Positions 32,120-43,122 are shown, counted from the first letter of the whole stretch. The stretch is DNA of 63,563 nt, filler included, from an uncultured bacterium (GCA_964371695.1; 16 parts of 16 records of this genome joined end to end with filler, not necessarily neighbours in it), one strand, 5' to 3'. Numbers and translations: made by a program. The notes: a model not told the origin generated them from the sequence alone.

Positions 32120-33936
32120 CCATAGGCCCCCTTCGCCAGAGGCGCTTCCTGCGGTTTGATGACCAGACGGGGCCGCTGGGGCGGCACGGTGATGACCGCC
32201 TGCTGGCTCACCGGCGGCACGTCGGGCGCGGTGACGGAAAGGCCATAGGCCAGCTCGCCGTCGGCCCTGCCTGTGGCCTGAAGGTGAAAATCCAGGGTTT
32301 CTTCGGCCCCCGGCGCAAGGCGCAGGGTGCGGTCGGTTTTTTCATAACGGGCCGCCACCAGGCCGGGCGCGGAGGCCGAGAGCGTGACCATCACGTTTTC
32401 GATGGGCCACACCGTGGGGTTTTTCACCCGCACCAGGGCCTGGAAGGGATTGTTGTCGTATTGGTTGAAACGGTTGAGGGTCAGGCCGGGGGGGCCGGTG
32501 AGGGTGGCCTNNNNNNNNNNCACGGGGCGGGTCCAGAATGGTGATGGGCCGCTGCACGGCGTTTTCCTCAAAGTTTTCGCTGCTCACCACGGCCTTGATC
32601 CACTGGGGCTGAAACGAACTGCCGTTGGCCCGCACCTGAAAAAAGGCGTCGGCCTGGGCGCTGGGTGAGAGCGCCCCCAGGGCCTTGGGGGCCGGGTCCA
32701 GCACGGTCAGGCCGGGGCTGGTGAGCAGGCTCACGGTCACGCCCCTGGCCTCGAAGCCGCTGGTGTTTTCGATATAGGCCACCACCGGCACCGTCTGGGG
32801 CTGGCGGGGGTGATAGGCCATCTCGCTTTTGGCCGTCAGGCCCAGGCTGAGGTTGCCGGGTTTGGTGGTGATGCCCCCCACACCCACCTGGGTGGTGATG
32901 GTGCGGGTCTGGCCGGGGCCAATGGGGGTGGTCTCAAAATAAAGGGCGGCGGCGCTGTCCATGTCCGCTTCGCCTTCGCGCTGAAAACTGCGCCCCGGCG
33001 TGGGGGAGAAGTTCCACAGGTTGTCGGCCAGCGTGCCCCAGTTGGCCACGGCCACGAGCGAGGGGGTGCTCAGGTGCTCCTCTTGCAACACGCCCTCGAT
33101 GATCACCGCCGGGTTGCTCAGGTTGTCAAAGGCCTGCCAAAAGGGGGGAACCTGGCCTTTTTCAAACAGGGTTTCGGCGCGCACGCCCCGGCCAGCGGCG
33201 CGAAAAGGCGCGCCGTCGTTGCTGCCCAGCAGGGTGTCCAGCAACACCCGCAGGCCCACCTCCACCGGCGCGCCGCTGGTGTTGGTGAGGTCGTAGCGAA
33301 TGAGGGCGGCGTCTTTCATGCGGGTGGTCTGGCTGCGCACCAGGGTGAGTTGCTGGCTCACCTTGAGGGGCCCCNNNNNNNNNNTTGCCACACGCTCACC
33401 ACCCCCTGAGCTGCCAGCACGGGGGCCTGCAACCGCTGGCCCACCTGCCCCCCCAATCCCGCCCGCCGCCGGGTGGGGCCGCCAAACACCCAGTCCTGGC
33501 CGCCCAGGCGCACGGTGGTGTAGCTGGTCCAGGGCAGGGGGCGGCCATAGAGCAGGGGCTGGTTGTTATCAGCGGTGCTTTCCGGGTTGCCGCCGGTGGT
33601 CTCGATGGCGAAGCGGCCTTCCTCAGACGGCCCGCCGTTCACAATCACCTTGATGAACTCGTTTTGCAGCACCACCGGGGGGGTGTCCTCGGCGCGGGCC
33701 TGGGGGGTGAGGGTCAGGAGGAGCGGAAGGATGAGGAAAAAGCGGTGGATTGAGCATCTTGCCCATTGACGCCGATTTTCCCGGAGTAGCGGCGGTGTCC
33801 CCACCGCCGTGAAAGACAAAAACCCTGGTTTTTCTTTTGATTTGTGCGCGGTGGGGACACCGCGCCTACTCTTTTCGGGCCGACAAGACCTCTGTCCTGG
33901 CAAGGGAATGGGGTTGCTTCTCATGGCGCTTTTCAT
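32120..33936 (-). CDS. Secreted multi-domain beta-sandwich protein, 3' truncated, with internal N gaps
   Basis: ATGA overlap with the upstream stop; signal peptide ending QARA; NEFIKVIVN..GRFAIETTGGNP..LLYGRP.PWTSYTT; LRVLLDTLLGSNDGAPF; CARDB/Ig-like units. Confidence 0.7.
33784..33871. repeat. GTAG-type REP doublet (REPIN-like)
   Basis: GAGTAGCGGCGGTGTCCCCACCGCCG ... CGCGGTGGGGACACCGCGCCTACTC, an inverted pair. Confidence 0.85.
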
Positions 33937-34754
33937 TGCACCGCCGGGAAATCGCAGGTGACCGCCACAGCCCCTTCCACCGGCGCGCCGTGATCCAGCG
34001 CGGGCACAAAGGCGCTGGCGGGGGCGGACATCACGCGGCGGATGCAATCGGCGTCCAGACCACCAATGCCGCTGGAGCCGACCACCGAGGCCCCCAGGGG
34101 CTGGCCGCCTGGGCCAATGCGCACGTTCACGCGCACCGATCCGTGCCAGCCTTCGTTCTCGGCTTGTTTGCTGCGGGCGGGGCCGTTGAAACCGGGGCCG
34201 CCATAACCCGCCCCCCGGCTGGGGCCGCCGCCTGCGGCCTGTTCGCCGCTGGTGTTGGCGTCTTTGCCGTTGGGTGCGCCGCTCATGCCGTTTTCGGCCC
34301 CTTTGGCGCGGCCCGGCTCGTCGGTGGGTTGATCGGTGGGGGGGCCAGAGGTGGCGGCCCGCTCCACCGGCACGGTGCCGGGGCGGTGCTCCACGGCGGG
34401 GTCGGCGATGGGGCTGGGGATTGGCTCTGGTGAGCCGTGGGGTTGTGTGCGGTCGGGTTCGGGGGGCGGGGTGGGGGTGTTTTCGCCCCCCGGCGCACCC
34501 TTGGCCAGGGCGGGGGTTTCCTGCACCCGTTTGCCGCCTGCCGCGCCGGGCACGCCTTCTTGTCCGTCCTGCGTAAACACCCAGGTGATGGGGATGGGTT
34601 CCATTTCGGCCTCGGCGCGGTCGCGGTGGCGGCTGGCCCAGGCCAGTTCCGGCCCGGCCACCGACAGCACCAGCAACAACGCCCCGTGCAGCCCCAGGCT
34701 CACCAGCAGGGTTTTGGTATAACGCTTCTTCGGATTTTCGGTTTCCTCGTCCAT
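33933..34754 (-). CDS. TonB-family energy transducer
   Basis: SLGLHG anchor (SxxxH), Pro-rich linker, TonB_C-like GWHGSVRVNVRIG..VVGSSG..LD..FVPA..G.PV. Confidence 0.8.
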   Translation of the reverse strand: MDEETENPKKRYTKTLLVSLGLHGALLLVLSVAGPELAWASRHRDRAEAEMEPIPITWVFTQDGQEGVPGAAGGKRVQETPALAKGAPGGENTPTPPPEPDRTQPHGSPEPIPSPIADPAVEHRPGTVPVERAATSGPPTDQPTDEPGRAKGAENGMSGAPNGKDANTSGEQAAGGGPSRGAGYGGPGFNGPARSKQAENEGWHGSVRVNVRIGPGGQPLGASVVGSSGIGGLDADCIRRVMSAPASAFVPALDHGAPVEGAVAVTCDFPAVQ

Positions 34755-34795
34755 TGGCCTTTGTTTTCGTGAAAAGGCCCCCTGCGGCAAGTGCT

Positions 34796-35911
34796 TCACC
34801 CGCCGCGATGGACCCCCAAGTACGTATAATCATCCAACAGGTCGCATTTGTTGCGGAAATTTTCAAGGGTCTGGTGAAGTTTCTGTGCCGCCACCGCCAC
34901 CGGCTCGCCCCGGTGGTCATGAAAAAACGCTTTCAGGCGGTCTTCGCTGAAGTCTTCCCCCGCCGGATTCACGGTGTCCACCACGCCATCGGTGTAGAGC
35001 CACAGGGTGTCGCCGGTGAGAAAAGGCGTGATCTGGTCTGCATACTGCCCCGTCTCGAAAATGCCCAGGGGCACGCTGGGGTGATAGAGCTTTTGGGGCA
35101 GTCCCAGGCGGTTGACGATAAACGCCGGGGGCAAGCCGCTGTTGGCCCACACCAGTTCGTTGCGGTCCAGGTCCAGCACCCCCAGAAAAAGGGTGACATA
35201 AAGGGCCTGTGAAATGTCGTGGTGCAACTGGGCGGTGAGGCGCTCCAGCACCTGACTGGGGCGCAGGGGTTCCTGCAAAAGCTGGTGGGCCAGGGTGCGC
35301 ACCATCACCATCACCAGTGCGCTGGCGATGTCATGCCCGCTCACATCGCCCATCAGCACCGCCCAGCGGCCCCCGCCCAGTTCCATGAGGTCGTAATAGT
35401 CGCCCCCCAGGCCGTGGCTGTAGGCATAACAGGCCGCCGCCGACAGGGGCAGGCCGTGGGGCAGCACCTTGGGCAACAGCAGGGTCTGCACCGCGCTGGC
35501 GGCAACTTTTTCGCGGGCGGCGAATTCAAGGTGGCGTTTCATGCGGCGCGACTGGATATTGCGCTTGATGGTGTGGATGAATTCGTCGAGGTCGAAGGGT
35601 TTGTAGATGTAGTCGTCCACCCCCACCTTGATGGCTTTCACGGGGGTTTCGGCGCTGGCGTAGCCGGTGATGACGATGCTGAGGATGGCGGGGTTCAGGG
35701 CCTTGACGGCGCGGATGGTTTCAATGCCCGACATGCCGGGCATCATCACGTCGCTGATGATCACGTCGAATTCCCGAGTTTTGGCCAGTTCCACCGCCAT
35801 GGGGCCGCTGGTGGCGGTTTCCACGTCAAACCCTTCCAGCGAAATGCAGGTTTTGAGCGTGTCGAGCATGAGGTCGTCGTCGTCCACAACCAGAAACCGC
35901 TCGTCCGTCAT
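34796..35911 (-). CDS. Response regulator fused to a PP2C/SpoIIE (RsbU-like) phosphatase
   Basis: Receiver VVDDD..SDVMMP..KPF; GGDYYD, GDVSGH, YTDGVVD and DDYT. Confidence 0.92.
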   Translation of the reverse strand: MTDERFLVVDDDDLMLDTLKTCISLEGFDVETATSGPMAVELAKTREFDVIISDVMMPGMSGIETIRAVKALNPAILSIVITGYASAETPVKAIKVGVDDYIYKPFDLDEFIHTIKRNIQSRRMKRHLEFAAREKVAASAVQTLLLPKVLPHGLPLSAAACYAYSHGLGGDYYDLMELGGGRWAVLMGDVSGHDIASALVMVMVRTLAHQLLQEPLRPSQVLERLTAQLHHDISQALYVTLFLGVLDLDRNELVWANSGLPPAFIVNRLGLPQKLYHPSVPLGIFETGQYADQITPFLTGDTLWLYTDGVVDTVNPAGEDFSEDRLKAFFHDHRGEPVAVAAQKLHQTLENFRNKCDLLDDYTYLGVHRGG

Positions 35912-35930
35912 GGCGGGAGTCTATTGCATA

Positions 35931-35999
35931 ATGGCCGAAGTTTTGGGGAGTCTTGCTGGCAAAACGGTTTTCATCAGCGGCGCGGCGGGGGGTCTGGGC
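35931..35999 (+). CDS. SDR oxidoreductase, N-terminal fragment
   Basis: LAGKTVFISGAAGGLG Rossmann motif at the contig end. Confidence 0.7.
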
Positions 36000-36099
36000 N
36001 NNNNNNNNNNNNNNNNNNNNNNNNNNNNNNNNNNNNNNNNNNNTTAATTAATTAANNNNNNNNNNNNNNNNNNNNNNNNNNNNNNNNNNNNNNNNNNNN

Positions 36100-36654
36100 C
36101 CCTACATCGAAAAAGCCCGCAAAGAGGGCCTGCTGTCTCTGTAAAGCCAGCGCAACGAAGACGACCCGTAACTGCTGCAAAAGGGCCTGCAACTGGTGAT
36201 TGACGGCACCGACCCCGACATGACCCGCGAGATTCTCGAAAACATGGTGGAGCGCGAAAAAAGTGAATCCAAACGCTCGGCCAACATGTTTGAAACCGTC
36301 GGTGGTTTCAGCCCCACCCTGGGCGTGCTGGCGGCCATCATGGGCCTGGTGTCGGCCATTGGCTCACTGGCGTCGGGCACGGGGCAAGAGGCCATCAGCA
36401 AGGCCCTGAGCGGCATCTCCGTGGCGTTTCTGGGGTCGTTCTGGGGTGTGTTTCTGGCCAACGTGATCCTGATTCCCCTCGCCAACAAAGCGCGCAACGA
36501 GTTCGGCGCCATTCAGCTTGAAATGGAACTGGTGGTGCGCGGTGTGCTCAGCATTCAGGCGGGTGACAACCCGCGCCTGCTGCGCGAACAGCTCATGGCC
36601 CTGCTGCCCAAGGATTTGGCCGGAGAAGAAACCGCCGAGGCCGCCGCCGGTTAA
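36100..36654 (+). CDS. motA: Flagellar stator protein MotA, 5' truncated, in-frame TAA at 36142 and 36169
   Basis: ARKEGLLSL, LQLVIDG, GGFSPTLGVLAAIMGL, GVLSIQAGDNP. Confidence 0.9.
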
Positions 36655-36669
36655 GCCAGAGGCAACCGC

Positions 36670-37527
36670 ATGTCCAAAAAAAAGCATGAAGAGGAACACC
36701 GCAGCGCCGAGGCCGGCGGTCTGCGCTGGCTGCTGACCTACGCCGACCTCGTGACCCTGCTGCTGGCCAGCTTTGTGGTGCTCTTCGCCACACGCGAAGC
36801 CCCCTCGCCCAAAACCATCCAGATCATCATCGAGGCAGCGAAAAAAACTTTTCGCGTGGTGGGGGGCGGGCCCTATGGCCAGGGTGAGAAACCCTTTCAG
36901 GGGGGCCGGGGCGTGCTGCCCAACGAAGAAACCATCCGCCGGGAAATCAAACAGGAAACCCCCCAAACCCCCGACCCTCACAAAGCTGCTGAAGAAGAAC
37001 TGGAAAGCATGGCTGCAAGCATGGGCAAGGAAGTCACCTCCATGGGCAAATACGCCTGCCCGCAGGGCATGAAATGTGTGGAGTTGCCCAGCGGCATGCA
37101 GGTGTCCATTCCCGGCGACCTGCTGTTTGACAGCGGTTCATCGGGACTGCGCGCCAGCGCGCTTGAAAAACTGGACGGACTGGGAAAATACATTTCGGCT
37201 TCCAGCGGCGAAGTGCGTTTTGAGGGCCACACCGACAGCGACCCCATTTCCAGCGCGGTGTTTCCCAGCAACTGGGAGCTTTCTGCCGCCCGGGCCGCCG
37301 CCGTGGCGCGGCACTTCACCAGCAAGTGGGCTTTTCCCAGCAGGCGTGTGGTGATTGTGGGACACGGCGAGTTCAAACCCCGCAACTGCAACTGGAATAC
37401 CTCACCCAAAGAGTGCAACAAGAATCCCCAGCAGAAACAGGTCAACCGCCGCGTCACCGTCACCGTTCACTCGGGTGATGTGTCCAAAGCCGGGGCAGGC
37501 GCCACCACCGGCGGCGTGTTGCCGTAG
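36670..37527 (+). CDS. motB: Flagellar stator protein MotB
   Basis: WLLTYADLVTLLLASFVVLF; OmpA-like EGHTD..NWELSAARA..NRRV. Confidence 0.93.
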   Translation: MSKKKHEEEHRSAEAGGLRWLLTYADLVTLLLASFVVLFATREAPSPKTIQIIIEAAKKTFRVVGGGPYGQGEKPFQGGRGVLPNEETIRREIKQETPQTPDPHKAAEEELESMAASMGKEVTSMGKYACPQGMKCVELPSGMQVSIPGDLLFDSGSSGLRASALEKLDGLGKYISASSGEVRFEGHTDSDPISSAVFPSNWELSAARAAAVARHFTSKWAFPSRRVVIVGHGEFKPRNCNWNTSPKECNKNPQQKQVNRRVTVTVHSGDVSKAGAGATTGGVLP

Positions 37528-37942
37528 GGCCAGAACCATTTGGCGTTTGATACAGGCAGGGATGCCTGTTCTACCGGTTTTCCCGCGAGATGGGATTTGG
37601 TAGCGCAGGCATCTTGCCTGCGAAAAATAAAAAGGCCAGAAACCTGTTTCTTTTTATGGCGGGGGGGGGGGGGGGGCCCGCGGGGGGGGGGGGGGGGTGT
37701 TGGGGGGGGGGGGGGGGGGCCCCCCCCCCGGGGCACAAGGACCNNNNNNNNNNTGGCGGGGGGGGACGCCCGCCCCACTGAGTGATAGAGGTATTCTTGT
37801 TGTGGGGTGGGCGTCCCCGCCCGCCTGAAACAATAGAACCACCTTATTCCCCCCACCTTGCCACCCACCCCTGGTGTTTTTACGATAGGCCGGTGGGGAT
37901 GGCCCGTGGCCAGTCGCCCTATTTATAGACAGACTCTTCCCC

Positions 37943-39973
37943 ATGGCGAAAAACCAACCCCCTGCAACGCCCCCAAAACGCCCCTGGCTGAAAATCCTGG
38001 CGGGCGTACTGGCGGGCGGCTTGCTGGGCACGCTGCTGCTGCTGGCCTTTGCCCTGTGGCAGATGGAGCGCTTGGCCAAAACCCTGCCCACGCCCCAGCA
38101 GATCAAAACCGAGCAGATGGGCGAAAACACCCAGCTCTTTGACCGCCACGGCAACCGCCTGGGGGCCTTGTTTATTGAAAACCGCGAATATGTCCCGCTG
38201 GAAAAAATCAACCCCCAGCTCATTCAGGCTTTTTTGGCGGTGGAAGACAGCGAGTTCATGCACCACCGGGGTGTGCGGTTCAGTTCGCTGATACGCGCCG
38301 TGCTGGCCACCACGGTGCTCAGGGGCCGCTGGGGCACCCAGGGGGGCAGCACCATCACTATGCAGTTGGTGCGCACGCTTTATCTGGGACGCGAAAAAAC
38401 CATTTCGCGCAAAAGCCGCGAGATTCTCATTTCGCTCATGCTCGAGCAGCGTTACAGCAAAGAGGAACTGCTGGAGATGTACCTGAACAGCATTTATTTT
38501 GGCGAGAACGCCTATGGTGTGCGGGCCGCCAGCGACGTGTATTTCAGCAAGTCGCTGAACAAACTCTCGCTGGCCGAGAGCGCGCTGGTGGCGGGCCTGG
38601 TGCAAAGCCCCAGCCGCCTCAGCCCCTATCGCAACAAAGAGGGCGCGCTCCAGCGGCGGGCCACCGTGTTGGGGCGGATGCGGGCCGTGGGATATGTGAC
38701 CGAAGAGAATTACCAGAAGGCCCTCAAGGAACCCCTGCGTCTCAAATACCAGGGCATTCCCCCCGCGCCGGGCCTCAAGGCGCTGAAGTTTCCTTATTTC
38801 ACCAGTTATGTGATGCACCAGCTCGTAGAGGCCTATGGTCACGGCGCGGTGTTCACCGGCGGTCTCAAGGTGTACACCACGCTGGACCCGGCGCTTCAGT
38901 CCGCCGCCGAGCAGGCGCTGAAAAACGGCCTGTGGAAATATGGCAAGGGCCACGACGTGGGGCAGGGGGCGCTGGTTTCGGTGGAGGTGGACACCGGCCA
39001 CGTGCCGCCCATGGGGGGGGGGCGGGATTTTGCACAGAGCGAGTTCAACCGTGCGTGGCAGGCCCGGCGGCAACCGGGCAGCAGCTTCAAGCCGTTTGTC
39101 TACGCCACCGCCTGCGAACAAGGCCACCCCATGGGCAGCGTGGTGGTGGACGCGCCCATTCGCATTCACCTGGGGGGCGGGCGTTATTACAGCCCCAAAA
39201 ACAGCGGCGGGGGTTATCACGGGGCCATCACCTATCGTCAGGCGCTGGCGCAGTCGGTGAACGTGGCGGCGGTGAAGGTGATGGCGAAGGTGGGGCCGCG
39301 GGACGTAATCAGCACCGCCCGCAAAATGGGCATCAGCACACCGCTCAAGGCCAACCTGTCGCTGGCGCTGGGGGCGGGCGAGGTGATTCCGCTGGAGATG
39401 GCCTCGGCCTTTGCGGTGTTTGCCCAGCGGGGTGAATACGTCTCGCCTGTCGCCATCACCAAGGTGGTGGACCCCCAGGGCCGTCTGCTGGAACTGCCCG
39501 CGCCCCAGCGGTATGAAAGCGCCATGAGCGAAAAATGCGCGGCTTCGCTCACCGACGCCATGAAAGACGTGGTGACCCGTGGCACCGCCCGGCGTGCCGC
39601 AGTGCGCGGCGCGGTGATAGCAGGCAAAACCGGCACCACCAGCGACTATAAGGACGCGTGGTTTGTGGGGTTTTCTCCCCGCGTGGCCACGGCGGTGTGG
39701 GTGGGCAACGACACGGGCAAGCTGATGAAGCGGGTGTTTGGCGGCACGGTGCCCGCGCCGGTTTTCAGCGACTACATGCGGGTGGCCACGCGGCAATATC
39801 CGGCGGAGCGCTTCCCCGAACCCAGCGACCTCACCAACACCGACAGGGGCCTGGAACAATCGGGCGAACCAGAGGAAGGTTTGTCTGATTCACTGGAACT
39901 GGAAAGCCCCGGCGATGACCCGTCACTGCTGGAAGGAGCCTCTGAAGACGGCGCAGAGGGTGGTGAGTTGCCC
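37943..39973 (+). CDS. Class A penicillin-binding protein (PBP1A family), 3' truncated
   Basis: AVEDSEF..H.G, QGGSTITMQL, RKSRE, YLNSIYFG; transpeptidase SSFK, SVN and KTGT. Confidence 0.95.
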
Positions 39974-40334
39974 NNNNNNNNNNNNNNNNNNNNNNNNNNN
40001 NNNNNNNNNNNNNNNNNTTAATTAATTAANNNNNNNNNNNNNNNNNNNNNNNNNNNNNNNNNNNNNNNNNNNNGCACCACACCCAGCAACAGGAGCAAAA
40101 GGGAATTTCTCCACGCGCTCATGGCCCCGCTCCTTTTTTACGCGCCGACGCCAAGCGAACCCCTTTGGCGGGTTTGGCCGAAACCGTCACGCTGGCCGAG
40201 GTGGCGGGCGGCGCGCCCGGCGGCCCCGGCGCTGCGCCCGGCGCGGCAGGGGCTTTTTCTTTCCGTGAGAAAAACTTGAACAGCAGAATGGCGCGGATGC
40301 CGGCGTCCTTTTAGGAGGGCACCAGTTCGTTTTT

Positions 40335-41057
40335 TTATTCACCCACCTCTACCTTGAAACCAATTTCGTCCAGCACCACCACCTTGGGAAACACCGCCAG
40401 TTCCTGCGTAAACAGCAGCAGGTCGTTGAACCCGCCGCCAAGCTGAAGCTCCACGGCGTCCTCTGCAAACTCATCCTGATTGTTGAAGGATTTGGCGGCG
40501 GCCGCACCCGGCGCGGCCCCCGGCGGCGGCGGCATGCCCGGCGCGGGCGCAGGCGCAGGTGCGCCACCGGCGGCCTCCCCCTCTGGCGCGGCAGGCGCAG
40601 GAGGAGGCGGCGCGGCCTGTTTCTGGGTGGGTGTAAAACTCAGAACCTCCAGGTTGAAACCGGTGGCCATCTGTTCAATCTGCACCATGAAATCAGGAAT
40701 GAACTTGAAATCGGGCAGGGCGCGTTCGAGATAGGCGATGTTTTCTTCTTTTTCGGCGATCAGCGCCTGGGTTTTTTCGCGCTCGATGCGTGTGTTTTCG
40801 ATATTCCGCAGTTTGTCTTCCATGCTGGCGATTTCGTTATTGAGGGCATCCAGCTGCTGCTGCTGTTTGGTGTACTGGAGAAAATAATAAGTGGGCGCAG
40901 ACGCCACGCCCAACACCATCAGCACCACACCAATGTGCCACTTGAGCACCTTGATGGGGCCCTTGCTCACCTGCATGCCAAACAGCGTGGCGCCGCCCTG
41001 AGAAGCGCCCTTTTTGCCCTTGTCCTTGCCCTTGGCTTTGGTGTCTTTTTCCGCCAC
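40335..41057 (-). CDS. pilO: Type IV pilus assembly protein PilO; probably extends past TAA 40335 and TAA 40311
   Basis: TM, coiled coil, LP..IPDFMVQI, GGFNDLLLF..L..FPKVV; third gene of pilMNO. Confidence 0.8.
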   Translation of the reverse strand: MAEKDTKAKGKDKGKKGASQGGATLFGMQVSKGPIKVLKWHIGVVLMVLGVASAPTYYFLQYTKQQQQLDALNNEIASMEDKLRNIENTRIEREKTQALIAEKEENIAYLERALPDFKFIPDFMVQIEQMATGFNLEVLSFTPTQKQAAPPPPAPAAPEGEAAGGAPAPAPAPGMPPPPGAAPGAAAAKSFNNQDEFAEDAVELQLGGGFNDLLLFTQELAVFPKVVVLDEIGFKVEVGE

Positions 41058-41059
41058 GC

Positions 41060-41800
41060 TCAGAGCCCCTTCCCCAGACGAATGCTGGCCGAGGCGGCGG
41101 GCGGCGCGCCCGGCGGCGGCGGCGGTTTGGGACCGCCAGCCGTGGGTTGCACCTTGAAGGTGCCTTTGAGGTTAAAATCCATGGCTTCAAAAACTTTGGC
41201 GGCAAAACCCAGGCTGGGAAGTTCTTCGGGAACCTCCACCACGTCGCCCGTGTTCTTCTGGCGCTCCTGGGCCTCTTTGCGTTCTTTGTCATTCAGTTCT
41301 TTTGCCGTGGTGGAGCGCATGGCTTTTTCAACCCTGAGTGCTGAAATCGCATTGACGAGATCATATTTGACGGCGACATGGCCAATCGCCGCCAGGGTAT
41401 AGGCCCGGCCGGTGAACTCCACCGTGCCCGCCGTGTTGTTGGCTTTCATTTCGGTGAGCCAGGTGTCGGCGGGGGTGAGGTCCTTGATCTCCTGCAAAAA
41501 CGTGGCCCACTCCCGCTGCGTGGTGGTCTGGCCCAATATCCACGATTCCTTTTCTTCGATATAACGCAGTTCCTCTTTGGCCTTGTCCGCAGACTCAATC
41601 TCGCCGCGCTCGCGGTCATAACGCTCTTTCACGCCCGCCAGACGGCTGTTCGCCTCGGTGAGTTCGTTGGTTTTGGACTTGTAGAGATAACCCGTCACGC
41701 CCAGGCCGATCCCCAGCACCAAGATGCCTCCATAAAGCACTTCGGGCCGGTCGGCGGGGCCGGCCAGCATCATTTTTGGGAGCAGGTTGACCTTGATCAT
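41060..41800 (-). CDS. pilN: Type IV pilus assembly protein PilN
   Basis: MIKVNLLP N-terminal motif, TM, coiled coil, P.DTWLT. Confidence 0.88.
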   Translation of the reverse strand: MIKVNLLPKMMLAGPADRPEVLYGGILVLGIGLGVTGYLYKSKTNELTEANSRLAGVKERYDRERGEIESADKAKEELRYIEEKESWILGQTTTQREWATFLQEIKDLTPADTWLTEMKANNTAGTVEFTGRAYTLAAIGHVAVKYDLVNAISALRVEKAMRSTTAKELNDKERKEAQERQKNTGDVVEVPEELPSLGFAAKVFEAMDFNLKGTFKVQPTAGGPKPPPPPGAPPAASASIRLGKGL

Positions 41801-41807
41801 TCAGGCA

Positions 41808-43037
41808 TCACCTTTCCCCCATCGGTCCGCCGGCAGAGCTGGACTCGTAATCGGTTTCGGGCAACACGGGGGCCAGCACCTTGGCCGCCACGCGGGGGCT
41901 GAGGTCGCGCATCGCCAGACCCATGGCCACCGCCAGATAGGGCACGCTCAGGCGCAGCATTTCCGCCGTGGCGGCGTCTTTGCCCACCAGGGCCACACCG
42001 CCGCCCGCGCCCCCCAGCAGGTCGGCCACGCGGGTGGGCACCCCCAGTTCTCGCTCAAAAAAGGCCGCCATGCCGCGCATGAGCGCGCCGCCGCCCGTGA
42101 GCAGAATCTTGTTCACCGTTTCGTTGCGCCATTTGCTGCCATAAAACGCCAGACTGCGGCGCATGTCGTCCATCATGTTCTGCAAGGGGTCTTCGATGGC
42201 GGTGTGAATCTGCCGGGCCAGGGTGTCTTCGGCCACTTCGTCGGGCAACAGGGCAAACCCCAGCTTGCGCTTGGCCAGCTCGGCCTCGACCCAGCCGCAG
42301 CCAAAGGCGTTCTGCACGGCCTCGGTGAGCTGGTCGCCCCCCGCCGCCGTGATGCGCGTAAACCGCAGCTTGCCCTCTTTGAGCACACTGATGCAGGTGC
42401 TGCCGGCCCCCAGGTCCACCAGCAGGGTGGCCTCGTGAAAACTCTCCGGGTCGTTTTTGAAGGGCCGTTCGATGAGGCTGCGGATCATCACCAGCGGCTC
42501 GGCGTCAATGGCCACCGGCTCCAGGCCCGCCTCAATCACCGCGTCGGCCCGTTTGCGCACGATTTCCTTCTGGCAGCCCACAAACAGCAGGGCTTCTTTT
42601 TTGTCTTTGGGGTTCTCGCCCTCAATGTGCCCCACGCTCACGATATCGGTGTACATCTCCCCCAGGGGCACCGGCAGAAAACGCTCCACGGCGTTGGAAA
42701 TGGCGGCTTTTTTGTCGGCGTCGGAATATTTGCCCGGCGGCAGGGTTTCGGGCCGCACCACCAGATTGCGCCCTGGCACCGAGAGCACCACGCGCTTCAC
42801 TGTCTTGGGCACCTTGGCCATTTCCAGGAGCTGGCGAATGGCGTCGGCCACCTTGCTGACTTCCAGAATCAGGCCGCCGCTGATGCTTTCCTCTGGCGTG
42901 GCCGTCACGGCAAAACCCAGCATGTCCACGCCCTTGCCGCTCTCTTGCAGGTGCACCAGCTTGATGGCCCGCGTACCAATATCCAGGCCCAGCAAAGCCG
43001 AGGGCTTGCCCCCCTTTAAAGAGTCCAGAAAACCCAT
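41808..43037 (-). CDS. pilM: Type IV pilus assembly protein PilM
   Basis: LGLDIGTRAIK, LVDLGAGST, ILLTGGGA, AVAMGLAMR. Confidence 0.93.
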   Translation of the reverse strand: MGFLDSLKGGKPSALLGLDIGTRAIKLVHLQESGKGVDMLGFAVTATPEESISGGLILEVSKVADAIRQLLEMAKVPKTVKRVVLSVPGRNLVVRPETLPPGKYSDADKKAAISNAVERFLPVPLGEMYTDIVSVGHIEGENPKDKKEALLFVGCQKEIVRKRADAVIEAGLEPVAIDAEPLVMIRSLIERPFKNDPESFHEATLLVDLGAGSTCISVLKEGKLRFTRITAAGGDQLTEAVQNAFGCGWVEAELAKRKLGFALLPDEVAEDTLARQIHTAIEDPLQNMMDDMRRSLAFYGSKWRNETVNKILLTGGGALMRGMAAFFERELGVPTRVADLLGGAGGGVALVGKDAATAEMLRLSVPYLAVAMGLAMRDLSPRVAAKVLAPVLPETDYESSSAGGPMGER

Positions 43038-43122
43038 GCGCCGGGGCATTATAAACGCACAGGCCCCCCGTCACCGCCAGTGAAACCCAAAGCCACGAAC
43101 ATTTGTTTGTCCTGGCTGCTTG

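Noticed and set aside
37655-37753. Long poly-G/poly-C tract as a G-quadruplex or phase-variation site
   Set aside because: It adjoins an N gap inside a REP-rich intergenic region and looks like corrupted low-quality sequence of GC-rich hairpins.
7664-40337. Stop-codon reassignment (TAG to Gln/Pyl, TGA to Gly/Trp)
   Set aside because: The internal stops are a mix of TAG, TGA and TAA at positions implying different residues, and they cluster at contig ends. TAG and TGA also terminate many complete genes normally (e.g. 11856, 37527, 47813, 53907, 16893, 19362).
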